Shown one piece after another: positions 1-10,150 of a DNA stretch of 64,000 nucleotides. Source of the DNA: Candidatus Poribacteria bacterium. GTDB lineage: Bacteria; Poribacteria; WGA-4E; WGA-3G. The position numbers were made by a program, and so were the translations under genes. The notes under the pieces were generated by a model. It was not told the origin of the DNA. It worked only from the letters and a program-made list of their open reading frames with translations, and did not search any database. The DNA lies in contig OZ243938.1 of NCBI GenBank assembly GCA_965214095.1, forward strand, positions 2,848,001-2,912,000. The letters are read 5' to 3'. Positions within the stretch are counted from its first letter, which is position 1, and each line of letters opens with the position of its first letter.

Positions 1-1
1 T

Positions 2-3000
2 TCCTATCAATTAAGGTTGAAATTTGAAGTGCCGGGTTTAGAAGCTATAACAGCACATGCCGATGATACTTTTGTTGCTCTCATTCAACATGACGTTGTT
101 GAAATTTCTGAACCTATAGGTAGCCTGACATTGAAGTTCATTGATGCACAACGTGTTGACTTTGAAAACACCAGCGTAACATTGACAGATCCAAACGGTC
201 AGGAAATCCCTGTCACGCTTGAAGACAATGAAAACTCTCAACTAACGGTTCATTTCGTACCATTGACGCAAAGCGGTGTCTACACAATTTCTGTCACACC
301 ACAAGATATCGCAGGAAACGTAGCACAAACCGCTATCCGATATCAGTTCCGACTTGATACTACATTGCCATCAGTAAATTCTGTTCTCATTGATGGAAAA
401 GTAGGTTCAAATGTATACGTAAGGACCGCCGTTCCCAGAATCATCGCAGCTATCACCGATTCAATTGGTGTTGGGTTGTCTGTAGGAGATACCGGTTCTA
501 CTATTGTCGTTACCAATTCACAAGGCATACAGGTATCTGGAACTACGACCCTCAATGCAGCAAATCAGTTGACGTGGGTACCTATACCACTGCCAGTAGA
601 TGGTAGTGCTGATGGAGAATATACAGTTGTTATTACACCTGTTGATAAGGCAGGACGTACGGGTACTGCTGTCAGAAGGCAATTTATCTATGACACACAA
701 GCACCTCGGATAACCTCTGCGTCCCCCATAACGCTGCATGCACCTATTTCCTATCTCGGCAGTGGATTAAATCAGTTTGTTCTCACCGTTGAAGATGTGG
801 GACCGGCTGATATGGTGTTTGCCTCTCAAGTCGTAGCATTGATGGATGCAACAGGTAGACCTGTTCCAGCAAAGTTAACCAATGATGAACTAACAAATCA
901 GTTGTATTTGACGCTTGACACACCTTTTGCCAGTGATGGTAGTGCTGACGGTCCTTATACACTTAATGTACTTCTTACTGACAAGGCTGGTAATGGTTTA
1001 AGTACACGATTCAATTTAGTCTACGATTCAATCAGACCACAAGTGTCATCTGTTCAAGTCAATACTGCTGGAACACCTGTGGAGCTTACGCTAAATCAGG
1101 TTGCAGAACTTTCTGAATCTGTTGACACCATAACGATTAAGTTTAACGAAGCAACGCGGGTTGACTTTGAAAACACAAGTGTGTTTCTGCTTGATCCAAA
1201 TGACCAAGTGGTTCCCCTCACTGTAGGTGATGATGGCGTTTCTCAAATGACACTTAGTTTTGTTGCTTTGACGCAGATCGGCCAGTATACATTGTCTGTA
1301 ATACCTCAAGACATTGCAGGAAATGCCGTACAAAGTCCGATTCAATATGCGTTTAATCTTGAATTCATTCTCCCCGATGTTGAATCCGTTATCATTGGTG
1401 ATACAGTAACCTTGGGAAGTGGAGATGCGGCTTATGTCAATGCAGAAAACCTTGTAATTGTAGCGAATCTGCTTGACCCCGCTGGCACGGGACTATCTTT
1501 TGATCCTATTACCGGTTCTGAAATCATCGTGGCAACACTTGATGGAATAATCGTTCCAGGATCAGTAGCCACTAATGGAACTGACCTACTTGTGTGGAGA
1601 CCTATAACACTCTCCAACGATGGTAGTTCCGATGGCAGATACGCCGTATATGTTTATGCTGTTGACAAAAAGGGACGTGCGGCGAGTGCAGTCTACCGCG
1701 AGTTTGTTTATGACACACAAGAACCCGAGATAACAAACGCTTCACCGATGAACCTGAGTCAACCGGTCTCATATATCAGCCAGAGTTTAACGCAATTCCA
1801 ATTTACTATTCAGGATGTTGGACCTGCAGATTTGATGCTGGAAGATCAGGTAGTGACACTACGAAATCAAAATGGTGTTCTTGTGCCGACAAAGCTCACG
1901 AACGATACGAATAATCAACTCTTCCTCACACTTGACGAACCACTTCCACTTGATGGTAGTAGAGATGGTCAATATACCTTGGAAATAGCATTTTCCGATA
2001 GATCAGAGAATGTCCTTTCTATTAATCACCCAATTGTGTATGATACACAAGCACCCACACTTGTGAGCACAGTACCTGCCGATAGTGAACTTCTGACAGA
2101 AGATGTGTCACAGATACAGGTAAATCTTGATGATAAGGGTGAAAGCGGCATAGATTGGTCGCGTACAACGGTGACATTGATTGATCCGAACGGTATAACA
2201 ATTTCTGGCGATCTCTCCAGCGACGGAAAATCACGGTTGACTCTAAAAACAAATCAACTCGTAGCAGATGGAAGATACGTTATTCAAGTTCAAGCAATTG
2301 ACAGGGCGGGTAACGGATTTGGATCTGTTCATGAAAGTGATTTCTTACTCTCAAGACGATTACCTGCTATTGTTTCTACAGTCCCAACCACTGCTCCCAG
2401 AGATGAAGCGTATACAAATCAAGAAGTTGATGAGGTTGAAGTACTACTTGAAACTGTAGATACACGACATCTTTCAACAGTGCGTTTATTGAATGCTGAG
2501 GGACAAGTAATCGCGGGTCAGCAGCATCGGGAAACCGGAAAGTTAATTTATAGGTTAGTCCGTCCACTCGCAACGGATGGGTCTGAAGATGGCGATTATA
2601 CAATTGAATTTACACCAATAAGTTCATCTGGGCGTAGTGGTGCCGCACAAAGTCTGGTCTTCACCTATGATACACAATCACCTGAACTTGATCCCAAAGA
2701 TGTCCATCTTATCGTTGCAGAACAACAAGTGGATAATTCACTCGTTAGAATTCGCTTGGATATTACTGATAACCATGCAGGTGTGGATTGGGAAAACCTT
2801 GATATTGATTGGGTCACCTTTGAGCGGATTTCACCTAATTCTACTGACATAGATGGGAGTCTGTTATATGTGTCTGATGAACCAGAGCATCTTTTATTCA
2901 CTCTGAATGTCCCGCTCGCTGACGATGGGTCTGCAGATGGAAAATACAGAATTACCGTTACTCCCATTGACAAAGCTGGGAATGGAGATGAAACTTACGA

Positions 3001-4081
3001 GAAAGAATTTACCTACGACGCAAGTCCACCTGTCATCGACCCCAACTCACTGCTGTTAAATGAAACACCACTACTTACTGACATTGATGCTGACGATTAC
3101 CCAAGTGCAGTTTCAACCACAGGTGGTGTTGTTATTCAGGCGATTGTTTCTGACACCGGATTAGGCGTCAATCTATCACAATCACGTATCGTTGTAAGAA
3201 ATCCCAATGGTCAAGAACTCTCAGGAACCACCCGACAAAACGGGGTTGACACGTTGGTCTTCAAATCAGATGGGTTGAATATTGAAGGCATCTACCAAGT
3301 AACAGTCACCGCTACCGGCAATGACACTGAACAACTTGGTATTACGCCTCAAGGGTCTATTACTACAGCGTTCCTATACGAAACAACAGAACCAACTGCA
3401 GTTGTAACAGATGATGGCGGCAAAACGGAACTTACTGACGAAGCACTGCCATTAATCGGAACTGCTGCAGACCCTGAAGGTACCCGTAGAGCAGGACAAC
3501 AAGGTGAAAATGAAATACCAGTTCCTGCATCTGGTATATGGCTCGTTGAAATCGTTGGCACAGGACCCGATGGACAACCTATTGAACCGGTGCCAGCTGA
3601 GGACGACAGCAACGCACAACAAGAACCTTGGAGTCGTTGGAAGGTTGACTTCCTACCCACACGATCAGGGGATTACGATTTAGATATACGAGTCACTGAT
3701 AAAGCCGGGAACTATGCTGTATATGATTATGGAGAGGTCACAATGTCCGTTTCCTTTACGTTCAGTGGAGACACATTTGTTTGGCCAAACCCTTTACGCC
3801 AATCCAATGATGATGTCGGTTTCTTTTCTTTTGACCTCAACACATCGGATGAGACACTCACATTGAATCTTTACATTTATGATTGGAGCGGTGACATGGT
3901 TTACTCCAAGACTTATGACAGAATAACACCTGAACATCGGAATGGTAACGAAGTGAGTTGGCAATTGAAAAACAGTGCTGGAAACCGAGTCGCGCGCGGC
4001 ATTTACGTGTTCCGTTTAGAAGCAGTCGATGGAGCAGGAAATCGCGCTAACGTTGTCGGCAAGATACTTGTCGTTGACTAA
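2..4081 (+). CDS. Giant Ig-like repeat surface protein with C-terminal FlgD-Ig/T9SS-CTD-like domain; 5' end lies outside the window
   Basis: Frame is open back to base 2. Recurring ~110-aa beta-sandwich repeats (DGSxDGxYxxxVxxxDKAGN; YDTQxP). C-terminus WPNP...VARGIYVFRLEA...GKILVVD. Confidence 0.85.
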   Translation, partial: SYQLRLKFEVPGLEAITAHADDTFVALIQHDVVEISEPIGSLTLKFIDAQRVDFENTSVTLTDPNGQEIPVTLEDNENSQLTVHFVPLTQSGVYTISVTPQDIAGNVAQTAIRYQFRLDTTLPSVNSVLIDGKVGSNVYVRTAVPRIIAAITDSIGVGLSVGDTGSTIVVTNSQGIQVSGTTTLNAANQLTWVPIPLPVDGSADGEYTVVITPVDKAGRTGTAVRRQFIYDTQAPRITSASPITLHAPISYLGSGLNQFVLTVEDVGPADMVFASQVVALMDATGRPVPAKLTNDELTNQLYLTLDTPFASDGSADGPYTLNVLLTDKAGNGLSTRFNLVYDSIRPQVSSVQVNTAGTPVELTLNQVAELSESVDTITIKFNEATRVDFENTSVFLLDPNDQVVPLTVGDDGVSQMTLSFVALTQIGQYTLSVIPQDIAGNAVQSPIQYAFNLEFILPDVESVIIGDTVTLGSGDAAYVNAENLVIVANLLDPAGTGLSFDPITGSEIIVATLDGIIVPGSVATNGTDLLVWRPITLSNDGSSDGRYAVYVYAVDKKGRAASAVYREFVYDTQEPEITNASPMNLSQPVSYISQSLTQFQFTIQDVGPADLMLEDQVVTLRNQNGVLVPTKLTNDTNNQLFLTLDEPLPLDGSRDGQYTLEIAFSDRSENVLSINHPIVYDTQAPTLVSTVPADSELLTEDVSQIQVNLDDKGESGIDWSRTTVTLIDPNGITISGDLSSDGKSRLTLKTNQLVADGRYVIQVQAIDRAGNGFGSVHESDFLLSRRLPAIVSTVPTTAPRDEAYTNQEVDEVEVLLETVDTRHLSTVRLLNAEGQVIAGQQHRETGKLIYRLVRPLATDGSEDGDYTIEFTPISSSGRSGAAQSLVFTYDTQSPELDPKDVHLIVAEQQVDNSLVRIRLDITDNHAGVDWENLDIDWVTFERISPNSTDIDGSLLYVSDEPEHLLFTLNVPLADDGSADGKYRITVTPIDKAGNGDETYEKEFTYDASPPVIDPNSLLLNETPLLTDIDADDYPSAVSTTGGVVIQAIVSDTGLGVNLSQSRIVVRNPNGQELSGTTRQNGVDTLVFKSDGLNIEGIYQVTVTATGNDTEQLGITPQGSITTAFLYETTEPTAVVTDDGGKTELTDEALPLIGTAADPEGTRRAGQQGENEIPVPASGIWLVEIVGTGPDGQPIEPVPAEDDSNAQQEPWSRWKVDFLPTRSGDYDLDIRVTDKAGNYAVYDYGEVTMSVSFTFSGDTFVWPNPLRQSNDDVGFFSFDLNTSDETLTLNLYIYDWSGDMVYSKTYDRITPEHRNGNEVSWQLKNSAGNRVARGIYVFRLEAVDGAGNRANVVGKILVVD

Positions 4082-4121
4082 TACAGCTTCAAAACGGAAA
4101 TAAACGAAAAGGAGACAGATA

Positions 4122-5120
4122 ATGCACAAAAGTGTAGTTGTAGCAGTTCTAACCATTACCCTACTCCTAACCGGAGCATATAGTTTCGCAGATATCTCTG
4201 ACGGTGCTGGAACTGCGGGGGCAGCTTTTCTCAAAATCGAGCCTGGAAGCAGACCTGTTGGAATGGGTGGCGCGTTTACCGGACTGGCAAACGACATCAA
4301 TACCATATTTTGGAATCCCGCAGGTCTAACAACCATTCAGACACGGGAACTTACCGCAATGCAACACTTTTGGGTTGCAGATGTTAGCAGTCAGTCTATC
4401 GGATATGCCCAGCGAGCAAATAATATCGTTTGGGGTGCAAGTTTGGTAGGCAGTTTCACTGAAATTCCGCGCAGAACAGGTCCATCCGAAACTCCGGATA
4501 GTACCGTTACCGTCGGCGGGTTTGCTACTGGATTATCTCTTGCATATCCACTCGGCACATCCACTTCAATCGGAGGTTCAGCGAAGTTCATTTCACAGCA
4601 ATTGGATATACAAAATGTATACGGGGCAGCAGTAGACTTCGGCTTAATTACACACTTATTAGATAATAGACTCGGTATTGGATTGACCGCACAAAATGCT
4701 GGTATATTTTTTGAAGACTCTGAACGCGACGAAGATCTTCCCAGTGAATACCCACCACTTGCACTGCGTGCAGGATTTGCCTACAGATTATCACAGGGAG
4801 TTGAAATTGAAGGTGAAGAAGGGATGCAACAGCATGAATTATGGACATTCGTGGCAGATGCACATCTTCCTCTAATTGATGCAAATCCAAGTTTCCACTT
4901 CGGTGTTGAGAGATGGTTTTACAATATTATTGCCGCACGAATCGGTTATCGTATCGGACTAAACGAAAACCCAAATGATGGATTGTCAATCGGTATTGGA
5001 GTTAGAAAGAAAGGATTGGACTCCTTAGCAAATGTGGGTTTCCAATTTGATTATGCTTTCGTCCCACAATCCGATTTTGAAAGCAATTCACACCGAATAT
5101 CTATCATCACAAGGTTTTAG
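4122..5120 (+). CDS. PorV/PorQ family (UPF0164) outer-membrane beta-barrel protein
   Basis: Signal peptide, AAFLKIEPGSRPVGMGGAFTG...FWNPAGL family signature, C-terminal SHRISIITRF. RBS AAGGAG upstream. Confidence 0.85.
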   Translation: MHKSVVVAVLTITLLLTGAYSFADISDGAGTAGAAFLKIEPGSRPVGMGGAFTGLANDINTIFWNPAGLTTIQTRELTAMQHFWVADVSSQSIGYAQRANNIVWGASLVGSFTEIPRRTGPSETPDSTVTVGGFATGLSLAYPLGTSTSIGGSAKFISQQLDIQNVYGAAVDFGLITHLLDNRLGIGLTAQNAGIFFEDSERDEDLPSEYPPLALRAGFAYRLSQGVEIEGEEGMQQHELWTFVADAHLPLIDANPSFHFGVERWFYNIIAARIGYRIGLNENPNDGLSIGIGVRKKGLDSLANVGFQFDYAFVPQSDFESNSHRISIITRF

Positions 5121-5152
5121 AACACTATTTGACGATTGCTATACTACAGTTT

Positions 5153-5200
5153 AAAACACGTGGGGGAGGTATGATTTGTCATACCTCCCCCACGTGTTTT
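5153..5200. terminator. Bidirectional intrinsic terminator
   Basis: Perfect 22-bp stem AAAACACGTGGGGGAGGTATGA/TCATACCTCCCCCACGTGTTTT between convergent genes. Confidence 0.85.
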
Positions 5201-5228
5201 CTTTTAACACTAATCTTGTTTTTTGTCT

Positions 5229-6347
5229 CTACACACTCGCTTCAAGCATTCGCTCAATCGGTAAACGCGCTTTGTCAATCACCTCTGGATCAAGGGTGAC
5301 CTCATATTCGGATAGGTCGTCATCATTGTCAATCGCTTCTAAGATCTTTGCAATCTTGTCTAATCGTACTTTTGCCATGTGTGAACACCGCACAGAACAT
5401 GCCGTCCAAAACTGCACTTTGGGAAACTCCTGTGCTAAATTGGAGGTTAGTTCACATTCTGAAGCAACAAATGCACGGTCTAACATATCATTTTCTACAC
5501 GCGCACCAATATCCTTCATTATCTGACTGGTGCTTCCGTAGAAATCGGCTTCCTTTAGGACATTAGGACGACATTCCCAATGTGCATATAGTGATCGTTT
5601 CGGATGCCCTTTAGGAATTTCAAAGGAATCACGTATCGCGAGCAGATCAGAAAGCGTGAACCTTTCATGGACTTCACAAACCGCTCCGCGAGCAGTGTTA
5701 CCTTTTCCGGGATAAACAACAGTTTTGTCGTCTTTCAGTTCTTCTTCCAAATTCTGTGCGAAGAAGATATCCGGCACGAAAATCAACGTGTCTCCTGGCA
5801 TAGATTTAGCAATGTGTGCTGCATTTGCAGATGTGCAACAGATGTCGGATTCTGCTTTCGCATCCGCATAACTGTTCACATAAATCATTACGGGAGCACC
5901 CGGATATAGTTCTTTCAATTTTCGGACATCTTCAGCACCGAAGTTGTCAGCAAGAGAACATCCGGCTGTTTTGTCCGCTACTAACACGGTTTTATCTGGA
6001 CTCAGGATTTTTGCGGTTTCTGCCATGAACGGCACACCGTTAAAGATGAGGTAAGGAGACTCTGTTTTCGCAGCGAACATACTCAATCCAAGTGAATCCC
6101 CCTGTTCCTCTTTATCGGAGAGACCGAAAACCAAAGGTTCCATATAGTTGTGACCCAACATCACAACGTTATTTCTCTGTTTCAATGTTCGTATCTGATG
6201 TATCGTTTTTGCGTGGACTTCAATATCAAGAGACGTTAGACTCGGGTGGTGCCGATTATATAACTCGTTCTTAACGTCTTCAAGTGTCAATTCCTGACTA
6301 TTATTCTGCGCACTTTCCACCTGGGGAGAATTTCCCATAGGATCCAT
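5229..6347 (-). CDS. nadA: Quinolinate synthase A
   Basis: LGHNY, GDSLGL, GVPFMAETAKIL, AGCSLAD, YVNS, CCTSANA, CEVHERF, HWEC and GSTS motifs with the Fe-S cysteines. Start uncertain (track gives 6401). Confidence 0.93.
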   Translation of the reverse strand: MDPMGNSPQVESAQNNSQELTLEDVKNELYNRHHPSLTSLDIEVHAKTIHQIRTLKQRNNVVMLGHNYMEPLVFGLSDKEEQGDSLGLSMFAAKTESPYLIFNGVPFMAETAKILSPDKTVLVADKTAGCSLADNFGAEDVRKLKELYPGAPVMIYVNSYADAKAESDICCTSANAAHIAKSMPGDTLIFVPDIFFAQNLEEELKDDKTVVYPGKGNTARGAVCEVHERFTLSDLLAIRDSFEIPKGHPKRSLYAHWECRPNVLKEADFYGSTSQIMKDIGARVENDMLDRAFVASECELTSNLAQEFPKVQFWTACSVRCSHMAKVRLDKIAKILEAIDNDDDLSEYEVTLDPEVIDKARLPIERMLEASV

Positions 6348-6534
6348 GCTAATCACGCTCCAAGTTATTGCTAATCTAATGGTTAGATCTATCGCTTCCA
6401 CGTCTAATTATTATTTGATACGGACAGATACCATTTGATTAACGGGACTTCTTTATTCATATTAGGATACTCACTAAATTCAATTTTGTCAAGTATAACA
6501 CACAAAAATGCGAAAATTTTGCTATAATTGTAGT

Positions 6535-7104
6535 ATGAATCTCAAAAAAGTGCTTCATATTCTCATTATTGCCTGTTTAATTTGGAATTGTAGTTTTCCC
6601 GCAGAGGGAATCTCGGTTAAACTGAGAGGGAAACTGGCATTGGTTGGAATTCTTTCAGGCGTTGCATATTTGACACACACCCTTGTTAAACGCGATACAC
6701 AAACAGCGGAAGAATTAAAGTCACAACTCGGTCAAGCAGAACATATCATACAGATTGAACGTGGGTTTGACAGATGGGAGATACATCACTTCCCTGAACA
6801 GGCATATTATTTTTTAAATAACCGTTTCATTAGGAAAAAGGCAGCTAACGCCTTTTTCCTTAATCAAACATTTCATAATACTTTTGAGTGGCATCTTTTC
6901 TCGTATCATACATCAAATCGGAACAGAGTTGTTCCTTCAGCACTTACCGATATGACTTTTTTAGGGAACCCCAGGTGGTTGTCACTTTACCCTTTGCGTC
7001 AACTGCTAATCCATCAATCTGCAACTCCCTATCTTCATCGGTTGGCACGCGAACATTGGCTTGGACAGGATTCACCGCGTCCGTATTTGAGGTTACAAAA
7101 ATAG
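6535..7104 (+). CDS. Hypothetical membrane/exported protein
   Basis: Hydrophobic N-terminus and TATAAT just upstream. The 3' ~160 nt overlap the convergent gene, so the C-terminus is doubtful. Confidence 0.45.
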   Translation: MNLKKVLHILIIACLIWNCSFPAEGISVKLRGKLALVGILSGVAYLTHTLVKRDTQTAEELKSQLGQAEHIIQIERGFDRWEIHHFPEQAYYFLNNRFIRKKAANAFFLNQTFHNTFEWHLFSYHTSNRNRVVPSALTDMTFLGNPRWLSLYPLRQLLIHQSATPYLHRLAREHWLGQDSPRPYLRLQK

Positions 7105-7621
7105 CATCTAACTTTGCTGCATCTTCACGCACACCGATACGCAACACTGTTTCTCCTGGGTCATCAAACTCCCAAATGCGTTCATGTGTTCCTGCGTTTA
7201 ACCAGTGATTGATACGGTCCCAATGCCATGCGTTTCCATTTTGAACTGCCCAACGAAACTGCGTATTGTTTGTGGCTTGTGGGTCTTCGTCAGGATCAGC
7301 AGGTTGCCATGTCACCCAAAATGAATCACTGTTCCCATCCCAAGCGATGACATGTCCCCATAATGCATATTCACCATCTTCGGGAAGGTTGATGATAAAT
7401 TCTGCCCATCCTGTGCCACCACCCCCAGTTGCGGGTGCTCCGGGTCCCCAGATGTATTTGCCATCCGATGTATTTGGTTCGTCTTCAGCGATTACCATCG
7501 GTGCTTGAATGACATCTGCTAATTCTGCTTCCAAAGCAATTTCTACATCAGCAACAAGGACGGCAGTTGATAAGCATAAAATCAAAATGATTAGCATTGA
7601 AAAAATAGTAACGTATTTCAT
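6944..7621 (-). CDS. Secreted Trp/Asp-rich jelly-roll (CBM-like) protein with C-terminal TTTWxxLK motif
   Basis: Signal peptide, LEAE..., YALWGHVIAWDGNSDSFWV, REDAAKLD, ends KVTTTWGSLKKSYR. RBS AAGGAG. Confidence 0.75.
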   Translation of the reverse strand: MKYVTIFSMLIILILCLSTAVLVADVEIALEAELADVIQAPMVIAEDEPNTSDGKYIWGPGAPATGGGGTGWAEFIINLPEDGEYALWGHVIAWDGNSDSFWVTWQPADPDEDPQATNNTQFRWAVQNGNAWHWDRINHWLNAGTHERIWEFDDPGETVLRIGVREDAAKLDAIFVTSNTDAVNPVQANVRVPTDEDRELQIDGLAVDAKGKVTTTWGSLKKSYR

Positions 7622-7719
7622 CAAAAACTCCTTTTCTAATGACACATCATCTGCAGGCACACTTAGATTGCGTACTTACAGATGATGTTCTATTAACCAC
7701 AATATAGTACTATTTCAAA

Positions 7720-8367
7720 CTACCTTTGCGATTTGAGTTTTCCCCATGTTGTTGTAAGTTTTTCTTGCGGTTCAACAGGGGTTACATCTTCGGGACCAGG
7801 ATCCCGTGGATTAACTTCAGCCTGATCTGCGGAAAGGTTATCGGTAATGAAAATGACATCTAACATTGCAGCGTCTTCTCTGACAGCGATACGTAGGGTT
7901 GTTTCTCCAGCAGGAAGTTCCCATTCTCTTTCAAATGTGCCTCCGTCTAGCCAGTGGTTGATACGATCCCAATGCCAATCCTCTCCACCAGCAACAGCCC
8001 AACGGAACTCAGTGTTGTTTGTATCCTGTGGGTTTTCATCAGCATCAGCCGGTAGCCAATTTACCCAGAATGAGTCACTGTTGCCATCCCAAGCGATGAC
8101 TTTTGCCCATAAGGCATAAGTGCCTGCTTCTGGTAAAATAACAATTAATTCTAATCCGCCTTCGCCACCACCACCAGTTGCCCGTTCTCCTGGAGCCCAG
8201 ACAAATTTCCCGTCTGATGCATTTTCATCATCAGCGATAATCATCGGTTCATTTATCGTGTCAGCACTTTCTGCCTCAATTGCGCGGTCATAACTGTAAC
8301 CAATTCCTTGGGTAATCAGCAATCCGGCTATAAGTAGTATTCCTAAAATATGAATCTTGTTATACAT
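7720..8367 (-). CDS. Secreted jelly-roll protein, tandem paralog of 6944-7621
   Basis: Shares AWDGNSDSFWVxWxPADxDExPQ, FRWAV and WHWDRINHWL. Ends KLTTTWGKLKSQR. Confidence 0.8.
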   Translation of the reverse strand: MYNKIHILGILLIAGLLITQGIGYSYDRAIEAESADTINEPMIIADDENASDGKFVWAPGERATGGGGEGGLELIVILPEAGTYALWAKVIAWDGNSDSFWVNWLPADADENPQDTNNTEFRWAVAGGEDWHWDRINHWLDGGTFEREWELPAGETTLRIAVREDAAMLDVIFITDNLSADQAEVNPRDPGPEDVTPVEPQEKLTTTWGKLKSQR

Positions 8368-8411
8368 AAAAAATCTCCTTAATATTTGAAGTGATACATC
8401 ATGTCCACAAT

Positions 8412-9407
8412 CTAATGTTCATTAGGTTTCTGATGATTACTAAGGGTTTTAATTTTACCCCACTGTTGATATTGTAAAAATAACGGATTTATCGGTAATC
8501 CGGTAGAACTATGTTGCCATTTTGGTTGGGTTGCCCAACCGTCATTCTTGATGAGTTCACGACGATCACTGCCATCTGCATTCATCAAATGTATTACCCA
8601 TTTTGCATTTTGTTCTGATTGAAAGACTATCAAACTACCATCTGGCGAGAATGCGGGAAATGCTTCATCTATCTGTGTATCTGTCAGTGCTGTTTTGTTG
8701 CCACCCTCCGCATCCATAATGTAAAGATCAAAATCTGCCTGATCAACATCCTGCCGCATTGAGCAATATACAATATGTTTGCCATCAGGTGACCACGTAG
8801 CATAAGCATCCATAAAAGGCTGATGTGTCAGACGTTGCTCCTCGTGAGTTCCTATATTTATGGTATAGATGTCCCAATTTAATTCACGTTGTGAATGGAA
8901 AGCAACTTTTTTTCCATCTGGTGACCATGTTGGAATTACATCATCAAATTTGTTTTTTGTGAGATTTTTTACCACTCCACTCTTAATGTCTAAAATATAG
9001 ATATTGGAATGACCTTCACGATTTGAACTGAATGCTATAGACATCCCATTCGGTGCCCAAGAAGGTGCTTTATCTGTTGCTGGATGATGTGTTAACCTTC
9101 TCTGATCCGTGCCATCTGACCGCATCACATATATTTCGTGGTTATCATCACGGTTTGAGAAAAAAGCAATTTGCGTCCCATCCGGTGACCACGATGGATA
9201 ATAATCCGCTGCAGGATTGAACGTTAGATTTATGGGTATCTTTCCAACAGAATCTGTCAGATAGATGTCCCAGTTGCCGTCATTGTTTGAAGCAAAAGCA
9301 ATCGTTACCGGTGAGTGCGGTTCGCTGAAAGCAGGATCAATCGTCCCAATGCAAAAAAGGGATAATAGGAATATCAAACCACAAGAATATATTATCAAAA
9401 TCCGCAT
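8412..9407 (-). CDS. TolB-like PD40 beta-propeller secreted protein
   Basis: Repeated PxWSPDGxxIAFxS motifs and a signal peptide. C-terminal QQWGKIK variant of the shared motif. Confidence 0.85.
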   Translation of the reverse strand: MRILIIYSCGLIFLLSLFCIGTIDPAFSEPHSPVTIAFASNNDGNWDIYLTDSVGKIPINLTFNPAADYYPSWSPDGTQIAFFSNRDDNHEIYVMRSDGTDQRRLTHHPATDKAPSWAPNGMSIAFSSNREGHSNIYILDIKSGVVKNLTKNKFDDVIPTWSPDGKKVAFHSQRELNWDIYTINIGTHEEQRLTHQPFMDAYATWSPDGKHIVYCSMRQDVDQADFDLYIMDAEGGNKTALTDTQIDEAFPAFSPDGSLIVFQSEQNAKWVIHLMNADGSDRRELIKNDGWATQPKWQHSSTGLPINPLFLQYQQWGKIKTLSNHQKPNEH

Positions 9408-9587
9408 TTTTTGTCTATACAGTTTTTATCTATCAGAATCCTTCAATATTGACAATTCACTGTTATCAGTTGTGTTACCAATGTATACATTAGCAGACAT
9501 CCCATATAAATGCAAGATTCAAATCGGGTGTGGCAGGATTATATAGTTCTAAGTATTTTCCAAAATAGAGATGGACTGAAAGTTAAT

Positions 9588-9702
9588 CCCCAAGCCGGTA
9601 GGTGCGGTTTCCTAACCGCACCGGAACCCACAATAAAACTGACCGTGAAAGGTTTTAGCACAAATTCGGTGCGGTTAGGAAACCGCACCTACCGGCTTGG
9701 GG
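9588..9702. repeat. GTAG-type REP doublet (REPIN-like)
   Basis: 36-bp perfect inverted repeat CCCCAAGCCGGTAGGTGCGGTTTCCTAACCGCACCG; each arm is itself a hairpin preceded by GTAG. Confidence 0.85.
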
Positions 9703-9931
9703 CATTTAGCATTTGTGAAGGAATACATAAGAAAACCTTAAAACTAAAAAACCCTGTCTGAATATCCACACTCATTGACATATCAAATGAAAGATGATAG
9801 AATTTAGGTAGAGATTTCAATAGAATTGATAAAGTTAAAATACACCTTCCACATAAAAGTAGTTTACAATATTTCCCAGAGAACCCACTGCTGTATATGA
9901 CATACCATCTAGAAAATAGGAGAACTAACCG

Positions 9932-10090
9932 ATGAAAAACAGATGGTTTCCAATATTGATGACATTGTTGATAGCATTCCCAATTATGTCCTGTAGTCTC
10001 CAACAAGGTTCATTGGAGGATACGATATATGAACCACAGCAAAAGCGTATACACCAAGGTGTGAATGTTTCTCTGAGAAAATCGGCTTGA
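9932..10090 (+). pseudogene. 5' stub (52 codons) of the WD40 lipoprotein gene at 11448
   Basis: 9918-10081 is nearly identical to 11434-11597 (RBS plus MKNRWFPILMTLL...), then is abruptly truncated. Confidence 0.85.
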
Positions 10091-10150
10091 TCTTTTTAGC
10101 AACACATAAATACTCTATCTACCAATTTCTATTTTGAAAGGAGAAGCATC

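Noticed and set aside
6944-7104. Functional 160-nt antiparallel gene overlap
   Set aside because: The plus-strand tail looks like stop-codon loss running into the neighbour; no evidence of dual coding.
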